A DNA stretch of 35,997 nucleotides, from NCBI GenBank assembly GCA_003693705.1, contig RBZT01000979.1:1-35997 (forward strand), read 5' to 3'. Position 1 is the first letter of the stretch. The number at the start of each line of letters is the position of its first letter. Shown here piece by piece: positions 10,956-22,462 of this stretch. This DNA comes from Polymyxa betae A26-41 (Eukaryota; Protista; Endomyxa: Phytomyxea). The notes under the pieces were generated by a model. The model saw only the letters and a program-made list of their open reading frames with translations. It made no database searches and was not told where the DNA came from. The position numbers were made by a program, and so were the translations under genes.

Positions 10956-12311
10956 TCACTTTGGTATTCGGGTTCGAGGACAATCTGACAGATTCTGTAT
11001 TACCGGCCCCAGATTAGACTGCACCAATGTACGAATACATCTATACATGTGCTTTCTAAATCTAGCAGAGCTTTGATATTCAGTAAGGCAGATAACAGCA
11101 CAGATTACAGCATCTAATAAAAGTGGCAGAATAAATGTAGATCGATATTGATCGGATGGTATTTGGTTCTTTAAAAGAACCCATCGAGATATAATTCGGG
11201 TCCTAGTTGCATTAGGTTCATATTGATTAGTTGGAGTGCCATTAAGGATCTTGCATCTCACTAATGATAATAACTGAACTAGTAGATCTAATGTCATAGG
11301 TCTTGAACATATCCATGATAACTTATCGACCTGATCAGGTCCAAATACTGACAACTGATCCAATGGTATCTGACTAATAAACATATGCAGAATACGACTA
11401 ATATCTGGAGCAGAAATAGGCAGTAATCCTCGTACATCGCCTCTATATCCTTTGCTATTTAATAGATCTGATAATGGATCAGCACATGTTAGGTCATCGA
11501 CCACATCTGTGACGTCGTAACAGACACCATTCGGGCGATTTGCAGCGAAGAAGTTCTCAAAGCAGATCTTGGGACCTGATTCCATATACTGATGAAAGAG
11601 GGATTCCAGACGATAACGATGATGATTGATAGCTGAAGATCTCATATCTCTTACTATCTTCCATGGTGATACAGTTCGTGGTCGGGTACGACTAGCAGGT
11701 CTGGACCGATCATGTAGTCGTAATATTGAATGAGATGCAGTTGTGGTTTTAGACCGAGATTGACCTGATGATGATATCAAACTTGATGATAAACATCTAT
11801 CATGTTGATAGGTAATCTGTATCTGATCGCGAACAGATCCTTTAGATTTCCATCCAAATTTATAACGAAGCCGACCATGACAATCAGGACCGAATAATCC
11901 ATCACGTAATAGATCAATATTTCCAGAATTTGGTCGGACACCGATATGATTTAGATAATGTACCAAGAACTGGCTCTCGATCAATTTCTTCATATCATCA
12001 TTATCAATTGTGTCTTGATCACCGGTCAGTATATCTTGAACGTGAGATCCCAACTCTAATAAAACAGTAAACCCTTCGGGACTTAAATGTCGCCCTACAC
12101 GATAACGCCGAGATCGAGGTTCTGATCTAGACTTGAGACCATCTTGTTTAATATCATTGATATTGGTTGATGTCTTCTGGATATTAGTCTTATGTCGTAT
12201 AGTAGAGGTTCTAGTGACTGCAAATATTTCATGAAATAATTTCAAGATATGAGCTTGTTGAGGTTCTGGATCTCGTGGTAGATGAATCAGTAATTTGTTT
12301 GCAGGTGTCAT
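10956..12311 (-). CDS. Hypothetical protein (451-aa open frame)
   Basis: Long uninterrupted ORF in AT-rich DNA. No family recognised and the start is uncertain. Confidence 0.7.
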   Translation of the reverse strand: MTPANKLLIHLPRDPEPQQAHILKLFHEIFAVTRTSTIRHKTNIQKTSTNINDIKQDGLKSRSEPRSRRYRVGRHLSPEGFTVLLELGSHVQDILTGDQDTIDNDDMKKLIESQFLVHYLNHIGVRPNSGNIDLLRDGLFGPDCHGRLRYKFGWKSKGSVRDQIQITYQHDRCLSSSLISSSGQSRSKTTTASHSILRLHDRSRPASRTRPRTVSPWKIVRDMRSSAINHHRYRLESLFHQYMESGPKICFENFFAANRPNGVCYDVTDVVDDLTCADPLSDLLNSKGYRGDVRGLLPISAPDISRILHMFISQIPLDQLSVFGPDQVDKLSWICSRPMTLDLLVQLLSLVRCKILNGTPTNQYEPNATRTRIISRWVLLKNQIPSDQYRSTFILPLLLDAVICAVICLTEYQSSARFRKHMYRCIRTLVQSNLGPVIQNLSDCPRTRIPK

Positions 12312-12397
12312 ACAAATATATTACTATCTGCAAGTACCACGATCTTCAATCAAATCTGCTTCTGAGTTTATCATTAAGATTATCTGGGATACTTGAA

Positions 12398-14773
12398 CTA
12401 AACCGAACCGCTGAGTTCTGCCTGAGCTCTGATCCATTCTTCATCAACTTTGGATTTAGTGAGTAGCGATCTTCTAGGTCGATGACGAATACAAGAGACG
12501 AGCATTGCTAATGCAATGCCACATACTCCAAACATAATCACCGTAATCAATGCTGTCCCATTACCAGGTTTTGCAGTTGAATGTGCTGGTTCAGGACCTA
12601 TTTGATATAAAGCGAAACTTATCTCTTCTTGCTCATCAATTGCAGATGATCTGTTATATTGAGGTTGTAATATAGAGGTATCAGATCCTCTATCTTTGGC
12701 TATATCTTCATTCTCATTTATGATAGACAACTTCGTTTCATCAACTTCACCTAGACGATTTTAATCAAATCTATTTCAAAGTGATATGAAAACATTTACT
12801 TGTGGATTTGTTTTCAGTCTCATGGCAGCCAGAACCTAGATCGCTAATACGACTTGTCTCATGAGGCTCCTCATTAAAAAACTACAAAGCTAAGTCAATG
12901 GCAGATCATGAACGCAATGGTAAGAATACAATCTGGCCTTGCTTGCCTGTATTTTCAGGCCAGGGTTCTGGAAGTGCAGTTGATGAATCTATGATAAAAA
13001 TTCAGTGAAAGACTTTGAGTAATTAATCAGAAACACACCATCTCTACATGCAGGGCTCATTTCCATATTGAGCTGAAGAGATGTTTCTAAAAGTTGCAGA
13101 TCTCTATCATCAGAAATTATTGGTTCTTGCTTAGGAAGAATTCCGTCATCATTATAATGCAAAGGCTCAGTTTTAACATCATGCTCGATAGTGCTTTCCA
13201 GAACGATCCTCGGAACACCGTCTAGAGTTTGTTCCCGTTCGATGTTAGCATCCTTGAATTCGCTTGCTTTTTCATCAGTTTGAAATGTGCTGATTCCAGA
13301 ACTATCAGTATCAGAAGGGTTTGGTTCCAGTTCAGTTGATGCCGGTTGTTTAAGTTCAGCGACTGCCGATTGAGTAATAATCTCAGAATTAGCTTCAGGT
13401 AAGGGTAGAATGATCCTCGGAGCAGAGTCTAGAGCTTGTTCGTGTTCGATCTTATCATCTTTGAATTCGCTTCCTTTTTCATCAGTTTGAAATTTGCTGA
13501 TTCCAGAACTATCAGTATCAGCAGGTCTTGGTTCCAGTTCAGTTAATGCCGGTTGTGTAAGTTCAGCGACTGCCGATTGAGTAATAATCTCAGAATTAGC
13601 TTTAGGTAAAGGCAGAGACAAAGAAGTTAAGTAAGGTTCAAAAGATATTGAAATCTCGTCTTGATCATGTTCTGAAGATTCTGAATTACTGGGCTGACCA
13701 ATAGTTGGACTAGATGACGACTGAATGCATTCCGAATTACTGCTTGTATCCTTTCTGTTAAATGGAAATAAGAGACGGCTCCAGAAATCAGGCTCGACAG
13801 GAATGTCAGATTTCACATCGTAATATTGTGATAATCTTGGAACTTTACGAATCGATGTGTTCTTTATGTGACAAATAATCTTTTCATCCTTTCGGTTGCG
13901 AATTCTCCTCCACAATTCAAGACTGTTTACTGGAAATTCTTTCAGTCCCACACCCTCCAACGTTCTAAGCATAAAATTGAAGTTACAATTGCAAGACCAT
14001 TGAAGTTGCTCACAATTGGTTTAAACTATTTAGATGCAAAAATGCATTATCAGAAATCTTCAATTCTGCATCTGTAGATATTACCCTGAACAAAAAATCA
14101 GATGCACTAAAGAGCTAGCCATGGTGTTGTTACAAATGATGAACAGTTTTAGGATAGTGTAAGGTAGGAAGATTTTCACATCTGGGGTTTTCAATATGTC
14201 TGTATTACATGGTTAGACAATTATGTAAATGAATACTAATTAGATATCCAGTACAATTGCTCCAAGTTATCAATCTTGGACATATCGAAGTCAACTGCAG
14301 GAATTCCAACCAAACTGATGTGTTGTTAGTTCCAATTATGGTTTAACAACATGAATGCAACCACTTACTGTAAATTACGCAAGCTTGGCATTTCTGGGAA
14401 TTCGCTTAATGCAGATGGCTGCTGTTCAGGATGATCCCAAACTAATTGACTATTTAACATTCAGACAAAATATCTGCCGATATGATACACAGTGACGAAC
14501 ATGGCTGTTGCTGAGCACAGACTTAGTGACCAGAAATCATGAGCGTTCTTATTACAAATACTGCTAACGTATTAGCTACCAAATTCATGAGCATACACGA
14601 CGACCATACATTGTATAATTATGACTGGTGCCTTGACAATAACATCCTACAAATGCATTCCTGCAGACACTACAATCCTGCTTGGATATGTGTGGAGTTA
14701 TGGACTGAGCTTGAGTTAGTAGATGCAAGGGTGTGACTATAATTGTGACAATGAATACAATGTACATGGCCAT
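12398..14773 (-). CDS. Type I membrane LRR receptor-like protein (signal peptide, Cys cap, degenerate LRRs, repeat stalk, TM, short tail), about 10 exons
   Basis: Manual splicing gives MAMYIVFIVTIIVTPLHLLTQA...CSVC....GCYC...MPSLRNLHLVGIPAVDFDMSKIDNLEQLHIENPRCENLPTLHYPKTVHHLVISTDAELKISDNAFLHLNSLNQLTLEGVGLKEFP..., then an acidic stalk, TM ALITVIMFGVCGIALAMLVSCI and RHRPRR. All introns are GT-AG and preserve the frame. Confidence 0.8.
13205..13617 (-). repeat. Two-copy 207-bp coding tandem duplication (69 aa)
   Basis: LPLPKANSEIITQSAVAELTQPALTELEPRPADTDSSGIS... and LPLPEANSEIITQSAVAELKQPASTELEPNPSDTDSSGIS...; GATCCTCGG recurs at 13205 and 13412. Confidence 0.95.
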
Positions 14774-14958
14774 AAACTAGATCTGTGTATATATAAGTGT
14801 GTAATATTCACAATGACAGTAACATATGTGATATGTGTGTTTGCCATACATTTGTATAGATAAGTTATCAGATGATGATGTCACCTCCATCTATAGTACG
14901 TATCATATTACTATCAGTAACATATAAACATCTATACGTTCAGTATCTTTAATAATAT

Positions 14959-14980
14959 ACACACACACACACACACACAC
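14959..14980. repeat. (AC)11 microsatellite
   Basis: Read directly from the sequence. Confidence 0.95.
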
Positions 14981-15434
14981 AAACAAACATCATCACTTAA
15001 CTTCACCAACGAATACGACATTACCAGCATAACCTTTCGAAACATCATTGACTGCGATCACCAATGAAACTAAAAAAGGATCACCTTGTCTTACTAGGGC
15101 GTAGAATGTCCATTTACCAGACTAGAATCTCAACATATGATTACGAGGTTAAAATAAAGGTTGATCTAGGTGTAATACATCCTAAGGGCTGTAATCGGTG
15201 AATATCGATATCTTGTCCTGATGATAAACAGATTTTCAACATTCCTGTGTTAATTATTAATCATACGTTCTTGAATGTTCTGTTGACACACTGAAATATG
15301 AATCCAACTAATGAGCAAAAATCTCCTTTTCACTTGAATATCAGTGATCTAGTATAATTACAATTTGACTGATTAACAAGTACCTAATGATCAGAACATT
15401 ATATAATAATTCTTAGGTCGTATTTCTCTTAACT

Positions 15435-16998
15435 ATGATGCCCTTTGCTCAACTTCGTGTTGATGATTTATCAATTGAATCACGATCTCGTCATACAACT
15501 GATAGATCACAAAGTGAAAAACATCATGGAAATAGATTAGCATTTGCTAGTATTGATATAGACGATACTGTACAAAATGAATCAAATCGTATAATCAAGA
15601 TCCTAGATGCATTGCTTTCATCTCTATATCATCTCTTATATATATGTATAATATTCACCAATATTCTAATTAGTTTCCTAAATTGAAATATAGCAACATC
15701 AGAAGAGGGCACTGAAAGGAGATTGATAGATAAATGTGATTCTTTACGAGGAACATCATTACAGGTTGCTCAAATGTTAATTCGACATTTAGCCATGGAG
15801 AAGACCGAATTCTCTTCACGATCTTCCAGTAATTATATTTAACACAATAATGACGATCTAGTAAGATTTCACTCCAGGTAAATCTTTACTTCCCAGTATC
15901 TCAGCTTCTACTTCAACATTAACTAAATTTCTCATTTCTGACAATCAGCTTTCATTCAGGTACATCAATAGCAACGAATTACATTTGCTAACTTATTACT
16001 AATTGATATTCAGATTTCGGGATTGTTTCGGTGAGCCTGCAGAAGTTGCCAGAGAGTTCATTGAATTAGTAGCTAACTTGCGAGAGATCATGATTTCCAA
16101 TATAAAAAGAATAATGTCCTCTAAACCATCATCAAATAATCTGTTAGAAGAAGCCATCAGTAAAGAACATAAAGAAAGCATTTTAGCAAAACACTTAAAG
16201 GAGAAAATCGAAAACCGAAGGTAAACAGAAACTTTGAAAAACTGGAAATTTTTTGTTGAGAGACTGCAGGAAATTGACAAGTGAGATATTAAATAACAAA
16301 AGGAAATACATCGAGTCGTTGAAGAGACAAATAACTGCAGTACAAGATAAATGTGAAGAAGTTCGTGTTAGAATCAGAATCAATGATGAGAAATGTCATC
16401 AAGAATCTGCACCGTCTCATGAACAAATCAAACAGCAACTATTAGCCAATGTTTGTTCACAACATATTCATGTAGTTACGAACTGATTTCTGCTCAGCTC
16501 AATACTAACCGGATGACATTCTTGACGTTGAAAGAAGCGAATCGAGCAATGGAGGACAAACTGCATCGCAGGAAAGTCTCCAGCGAAAGTGAAATTCAAA
16601 AAACAATCAATGATTATGATACAACAATGATAGAAATATATCATGAAGTATATGAATTAAGAAATGATCTTGAAGACAAGAAAGAACGTATTCGATTCTT
16701 AACAAACCATTTCAGGGAGCTTGATGAGGTCAATTGTAAAATTTGGAATGAAATCTCCTAAATCTATGATAGGCCCGAGCTGCTCAAGCAGAACGAGAAC
16801 GTTTAGAACGTCTACGACATCGACAATTGAATAAAAACCTGAGGATATGGTCTGTAATTACATTTATCATTGATACATCACTGAGTAGTAGTTTGTACTA
16901 GGTGCTGTACATCTCTTCTCCTTCAACTACATATACGATTAGTAAATAAGATATATGGAAAGAAGAAGGGCAAGAAGGCAGTCAAGAAGAAGAAATAG
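15435..16998 (+). CDS. DRC10: Dynein regulatory complex subunit 10 (IQCD)-like coiled-coil protein, multi-exon
   Basis: N-terminal ESNRIIKILD, a long coiled coil, EDKLHRRKVSSESEIQKTINDYDTTM (compare the IQCD/IQCG LRKKK..E.EI...I.KYD..M pattern) and a Lys-rich end GKKKGKKAVKKKK*. Confidence 0.65.
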
Positions 16999-17159
16999 AT
17001 CATATTCAATCAATACAGATGACCTGGTTATTCTATAATATGAACAGTTATATACTATAATTTCGGCTTCATAATCTAGTTTCATACGATGTAGTCTGAA
17101 ATTGTGTTTACTTGAACCACATGAACATCCAATCATCAGCCAGTATTATGAAGGAGTTC

Positions 17160-17762
17160 ACCATCTATCTGGATAACAATCGGTTTATGTGGTGCTAACA
17201 AGTTTCTCAGCATGGCAACATCTCTTACCTACTTATTGTAGAACGTGGTTTGATTCAATGCCTGTTAACTTTCATAATGGGAAATTCCTTTATCCCTTCG
17301 ATCATATTTATGTAGAAGTGATGCTGCTAATCTGGGATCTATATTCCATACAACTCTTATCATTTTAGTTATCATATTTGGCATTATTGATATTATATTA
17401 CTGGGTTCAAATCTAAAGAATCCATAACTATAGTTATAGGTCCAATTGGTGGTATAACACGTTTATGTATTTGATCTTCATCTTAAAAACAACAACAAAA
17501 AAACAGAGGTAAGAATGGGAAATATACTGATTCGATATTGCTGGATGTATTTTTGTATTAGGTAGTACTGTATGAAATGGATCAGAAAAAACGTGAACAT
17601 ACAGTACTCTTTATTGCTAGTATTGCTGGATCTCTAACTACTCTCTCTACATTTCTAACAGATATTCATCAAACTAACGTCAAATCAATTTCAGATGATA
17701 TATCTAGCATAATTGTCGCTCAAATCATTTCTTCATTAGACTTGTTCAAAGATCAAATGTGA
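17160..17762 (+). pseudogene. Decayed tandem copy of the FEX fluoride exporter
   Basis: Collinear matches to FEX at 18055-18855: tggataacaatcggtttatgtggtgc-taacaagtttctcagcatggcaaca (2-nt deletion), GPIGGITR, AGSLTTLSTFLTDIHQ and SSIIVAQI. Frameshifts and stops lie between these blocks. Confidence 0.85.
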
Positions 17763-18054
17763 CCCGATGAAAACGTCAAGATAGTAAATACACAATGGTT
17801 GTATAAAGTACTTAAGAACACAGGTTTCAGGGGTAGGAAGGGGGTATAGGGGTCCACCACCAACGATATCTCATAACTATTAGGAAGGTTCTACACGTGT
17901 CTGGCCCCATGTTGCGGTCATGCCGACTACTGTCACGTGTAAATAGACATGTTAGTGTTGGGCGTGTTGGCCCATCTCGACAGTGGAGTTGGTTGGCCCC
18001 GATATCTATGTTACACCTGGTGAACATATCTTCATGTATCATTTCTATAACGTA

Positions 18055-18855
18055 ATGTCTACTGATACTATCCTGTTTAATATCTTGCCTGTTGCTTTGG
18101 CAAGTTGTGTTGGTGTCTTCCTGAGAATTATACTCGCAGCTGTTGCCAACATCTATGCCATTCCGGGGCCATCATTCCTACTTGCTAACATTGTCGGCTG
18201 TTTTATCATTGGCCAGACGCTTGCTCTATCTTCAACATTTCCTGCTAATGTATCCATTTGGATAACAACTGGTGTATGTGGTGCCTTAACCAGCTTCTCA
18301 GCATGGCAACAATACTCTGCTTCTATTATTGCTTTTGATCGTAATGTCGCAGGATGGTTGTTAGAGCTTTTGATTGGATTCTCTCTATGGATTGCTTCAT
18401 ATCTCTGTGGACGCCATTCGGCTTCTCTAGGCGTTGTGTTTCACAGAATCACCCTGATCGTTGTGATGCTTGCTGGCATTGCTGGTGCTGCATTTCTACG
18501 ATTAACAGAAAAGGCATTGATAGCTATTGGATTGGGTGCAATCGGAGGTCTTACTCGTTATTTACTAAGTATTGGCTTAAACAAAGGATTGCATGGAAAG
18601 TATGATTGGTTTCCATTTGGCACATTTCTAAGTAATATCGGTGGATGTATTGTATCTGGTGTCACATGGTTAAGTACTGGAGATCCTCAACATCCAGTTA
18701 TTGTTGGTGTTGCTGGTGCCTTGACTACTGTTTCAACGTTTATCGCAGAAATTGATCAAATTACAATGCCCAAACAATATCTTTATGCATTATCAAGCAT
18801 TGTCCTCGCTCAAGTCGTTTTTATCACCATCTTCAATGGTATTGCTAAAGCTTAA
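18055..18855 (+). CDS. FEX: Fluoride exporter FEX (two fused Fluc/CrcB domains)
   Basis: Domain 1: G..LR, ANIVGC, TTGVCGALTSFSAW. Domain 2: GGLTRY, PFGTFLSNIGGC, GALTTVSTF. Intronless. ATG at 18055 (alternative 18034) is preferred over the GTG at 17983. Confidence 0.93.
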   Translation: MSTDTILFNILPVALASCVGVFLRIILAAVANIYAIPGPSFLLANIVGCFIIGQTLALSSTFPANVSIWITTGVCGALTSFSAWQQYSASIIAFDRNVAGWLLELLIGFSLWIASYLCGRHSASLGVVFHRITLIVVMLAGIAGAAFLRLTEKALIAIGLGAIGGLTRYLLSIGLNKGLHGKYDWFPFGTFLSNIGGCIVSGVTWLSTGDPQHPVIVGVAGALTTVSTFIAEIDQITMPKQYLYALSSIVLAQVVFITIFNGIAKA

Positions 18856-19056
18856 ACTATTGCTGGTTTAAGTCTTTTTAAATGTTAGACAATATATAAA
18901 CTCGAAAGTTGATTATCCTTTTGTTGCTGTGTGCAATTATTTTCAGCAATCGATTCAGATAACCTCATTTGATTTGTAATAGATCCGATAGACAGACATC
19001 AGACATGATTGTCATGTCCTCTGTTGCGATATTGACGAGTCACAGATAGCTGTTTC

Positions 19057-21374
19057 ATGTTTGCTGATGCAATGCTGTGTTGTACTCTTCTGTTGTCATT
19101 AATTCCTCATGCGATTTCATGGTATGAGCTAGACATGAAAGCAACATGTCTATATCCATCATCAGTTGCAAATTGTACACAAGGGCCAATATCCAGAACA
19201 CTACAGAAGACAGCTGATAATGGCACTCATATATTCTTATTTGGAGGACGAAAGAACGTGCTGTTTAACACATCAACACACCAAAACATTGGAGAAGTTC
19301 CAGTATGGAGGTCGACCTCACCATCAGCTACAGTTAGTCCTGGATCGCCATTATGTGCACACTTATCAAATTGCTGGTATCGAGGTGTTTGCACAGCAAA
19401 CAGAACATGTGCCTGTGCTACTGGTTATTACGGTGATGACTGTTCGCTTGAAGAGGACGTCATTATTCTTAATGATTTCTGGATCTATAATATTGCCAAT
19501 CAGACCTGGGCTCAAGTACCCAATCAACCTATTTGGCCGAAATCTCGAGTTCTCCCTTCCATGGCCGCCTACCGAAACCGGATAGTCATGTTTGGTGGAT
19601 ACAGTCAATCTTGTGCTGATTTCTGTAATGACGTGTAAGCTGGTTTCGACAATTAATATCCATTAATGATGAAAGCAATTTCAGCTGGGAATATCGCCTG
19701 CAGCCAGGATACTCACCAGACGGTAGTGGTGGCCAGGTATATCGTACAATAGGTTGGACCCAACTGGCAGATGGTCCTGGGAAGAGGTGGCGTGCAGAAG
19801 CTGGAATCTGGAATCAATCTCTGATAATTCATGGTGGACATCATATACATGAATCTCTATCTGAAGTATGGGAGTTCTCATTAGTAACATATCAATGGAA
19901 GTATCATAATACTACTGCTAAGGATCCCAGAATTGGGGTATGTATAATGGGGCCATGGGGTCATATAATGTCCTCATTACACTATTGACATGATCATTGA
20001 TAGGTCCCTGTCTCAAGGTTAGGTCATGCTCTTGCCATCTATAATAATCACCTCTATATTTATGGAGGCGTCAATGCTCAAGTCAATCGAACGACACAGG
20101 AGCCATCACTGAGTGACTTCTGGCAACTAAATCTACGAACGGATACATGGACTAGAATACATGGCCCTCGAGGTAGGATTCAAGCATGTTTAGCGTCGAC
20201 CAAGGTGTATAAAATTACTTCCAGAATCTGGAACACCTCATGCCCGAACTGGCATTCAGTTCGGTCTCATTGGGAAAAATCTCTACCTATTTGGAGGGTA
20301 ATTGGAATCTGAACGACCTTCTTATTAGCTCAGGGTAGATCAGGTTTTACGACGAAATTTTTTACAACGATACCTGGCAGTTCGATCTGGTCAACAATAA
20401 ATGGTCAATTGTTCAGACACCAGGAAGAGGTTATGCTGTATCTGCAAATAGAGCCCGTGATTTGATACTGAATATTGTCAGCATTTGTTCCTGAAAGTCG
20501 AATATCGTATTCATTAACAGGAAGCAATTCTTTGAACATGTTGGTACTAATTGCTGGTTATGGTCGCGATATCTCTGCAACATCAGCATCTTCATCAGAT
20601 CTCGTTTTTAACGATATCTGGGCTATTGAGCTTGACGATTGTGTCGGGTCAAAGCGATCTGGACTTCCAGCTTGTTCTGGAAATGGCGTATGACACATTC
20701 TATCCTCGTATGACAACTTACTGACAATTTTCACTCAGGTCTGCAAACTTGGCAAATGTTTCTGCAACCAGAATTGGTTTGACGACGATTGCAGCATGAA
20801 GGTCTGTCCAGGCGATGCTTGCACATATGTGAATCATGTCCCAGTCTGCGTTCATTGCCATAATCGAGTAATCCAAATTACTGGCGTCCGAATTTGGCTT
20901 AATAATTCTCCAAAGGGAACATGCCAAAACGGTGTATGTCGTTGTATTAGCAGTTATGCTGGAACTCAATGTCAATTGCCCAACTGCCCCAACAATAATT
21001 GTTCGTTTTCTCAACACGGAACGTGCAATGACCAGTTTCCACATCCGCCAACATGCTCGTGCACATCTGAATTCTATGGCGAAGGATGTGACTTGGTGAC
21101 ATGCCCTCGTAATTGTTCAGGCCATGGAACATGCGAGCCAATGGGGACTTGTATTTGTGATCCAACAGTTTATAGTGGATTCCGATATACAGGAGCAGAT
21201 TGCTCCAATTGTGAGTTCAGATATACAGATGCTCGTACGTTTCAATCTCACGTTTGCGTTCTAGTTGTGTTTTTCAAAGATGACAGTCTAGCATCTTATA
21301 GTGAAAGGAGATTTCTAAACTATACCAATTTAATCAGAGCGATAATATTGTTAATACATGTCTTTATTTACTGA
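19057..21374 (+). CDS. Secreted or surface Kelch-repeat plus tenascin-type EGF protein (attractin/MEGF8-like modules), multi-exon
   Basis: Signal peptide. Kelch blades (IFLFGG, NDFWIYN, VMFGGY, LYIYGG, LYLFGG, NDTWQFD, NDIW). Several C...G.C....C.C....G..C EGF repeats. Hydrophobic C-terminus. Confidence 0.85.
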
Positions 21375-21404
21375 CAATACTGTGCCTAGCGTGCATATAC
21401 AGAA

Positions 21405-22462
21405 TTATCTATCTGAATGCAATAAAGGCATAGATAAACCACCATCAACTCTTATGCATTGTCCAGTTATAAAACTGGCATCTGAGCTCAATAAGAATCT
21501 CAATACAGAAGCAACTTCCGATGCAGATCCCATGCGTTTTAACGCCGTATTATTCACAATCGACTCTTGCAGGTTTAAAGGTAAATCTATGATTTGTATG
21601 AAATGATTACATTGCTGGGAGCTAAATGCATACCTGCTGTCATGGATGTTTGTATAAATCCAGGTGCAATCATATTGACACGAACTCCACGACTTCCATA
21701 TTCTTTCGACATTGATTTGGTCAATCCTATAGCACAACAATTCATGCTGTGATCATCTAAGATAGTCGATAGTTGAACCTAATAACCCAGCTGTACAATA
21801 CATATTAGTTTACTTGTAAAGAGTCATTTTACCTGACATCACCTTTTGCTGATGAATATGCTATCTGTCCATGTTGCCCATCTAATCCTGGTCCATAATC
21901 AGAACATAATACGTCTTCTTAAAAATTACAATGACCAACAGTGCTTCCAATATTTACGATCGACCCAGATTCTTGCTGGAGCATAGCACGAACGAACACT
22001 TTCGACATAATCCAGGCTGATGTGAGATTAGCTGATAAAGTAGCATTAAATTGATCGAGTGTTTGTCTCAACATGATATTATCAGATGTAGATCCAGCAT
22101 TGTTTACACTATATCACAATTAATTGATAATTTCAATAAAGGATTACACATAACAGTAATGTTGGACGTCCAAGATCGTCAGATACCAATCGAAGACATT
22201 CACTGACTTGATGCAAACTCGTTGGATCACATTGATAAGCTCTATGATTAGTATTCCCAAATTCTATCACATAATATCAGAATCTAAGAAAGATTACCAG
22301 CAGCAATATTGGACGTTGTAATTCAGCAGCCAATGGCTGTACATTGACTAATGATCTCGATAATAATGCTGTGTGACATCCATGTCTAGCTAATTCTTGA
22401 GCAATAGCCTTCCCGATACCTCGTCCAGCTCCAGTTATCACTGCTACGCGTCCAGCCACCAT
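21405..22462 (-). CDS. Short-chain dehydrogenase/reductase, 3-oxoacyl-ACP reductase (FabG/CBR4)-like, multi-exon
   Basis: VITGAGRGIG, NNAG, catalytic YSSAK, NMIAPGFIQT and FITGQCIRVDGGL. Confidence 0.9.

Noticed and set aside
14995-15300. Possible small minus-strand gene (SGKWTFYALVRQGDPFLVSLVIAVNDVSKGYAGNVVFVGEVK*) or U1-like RNA
   Set aside because: I could not build a frame-consistent spliced model with a start, and the U1 hallmarks (ACTTACCTG, ATTGCAC, Sm site) are absent.
17860-18050. Fluoride riboswitch upstream of FEX
   Set aside because: The crcB-motif consensus is not recognisable and the context is a eukaryotic nuclear gene.
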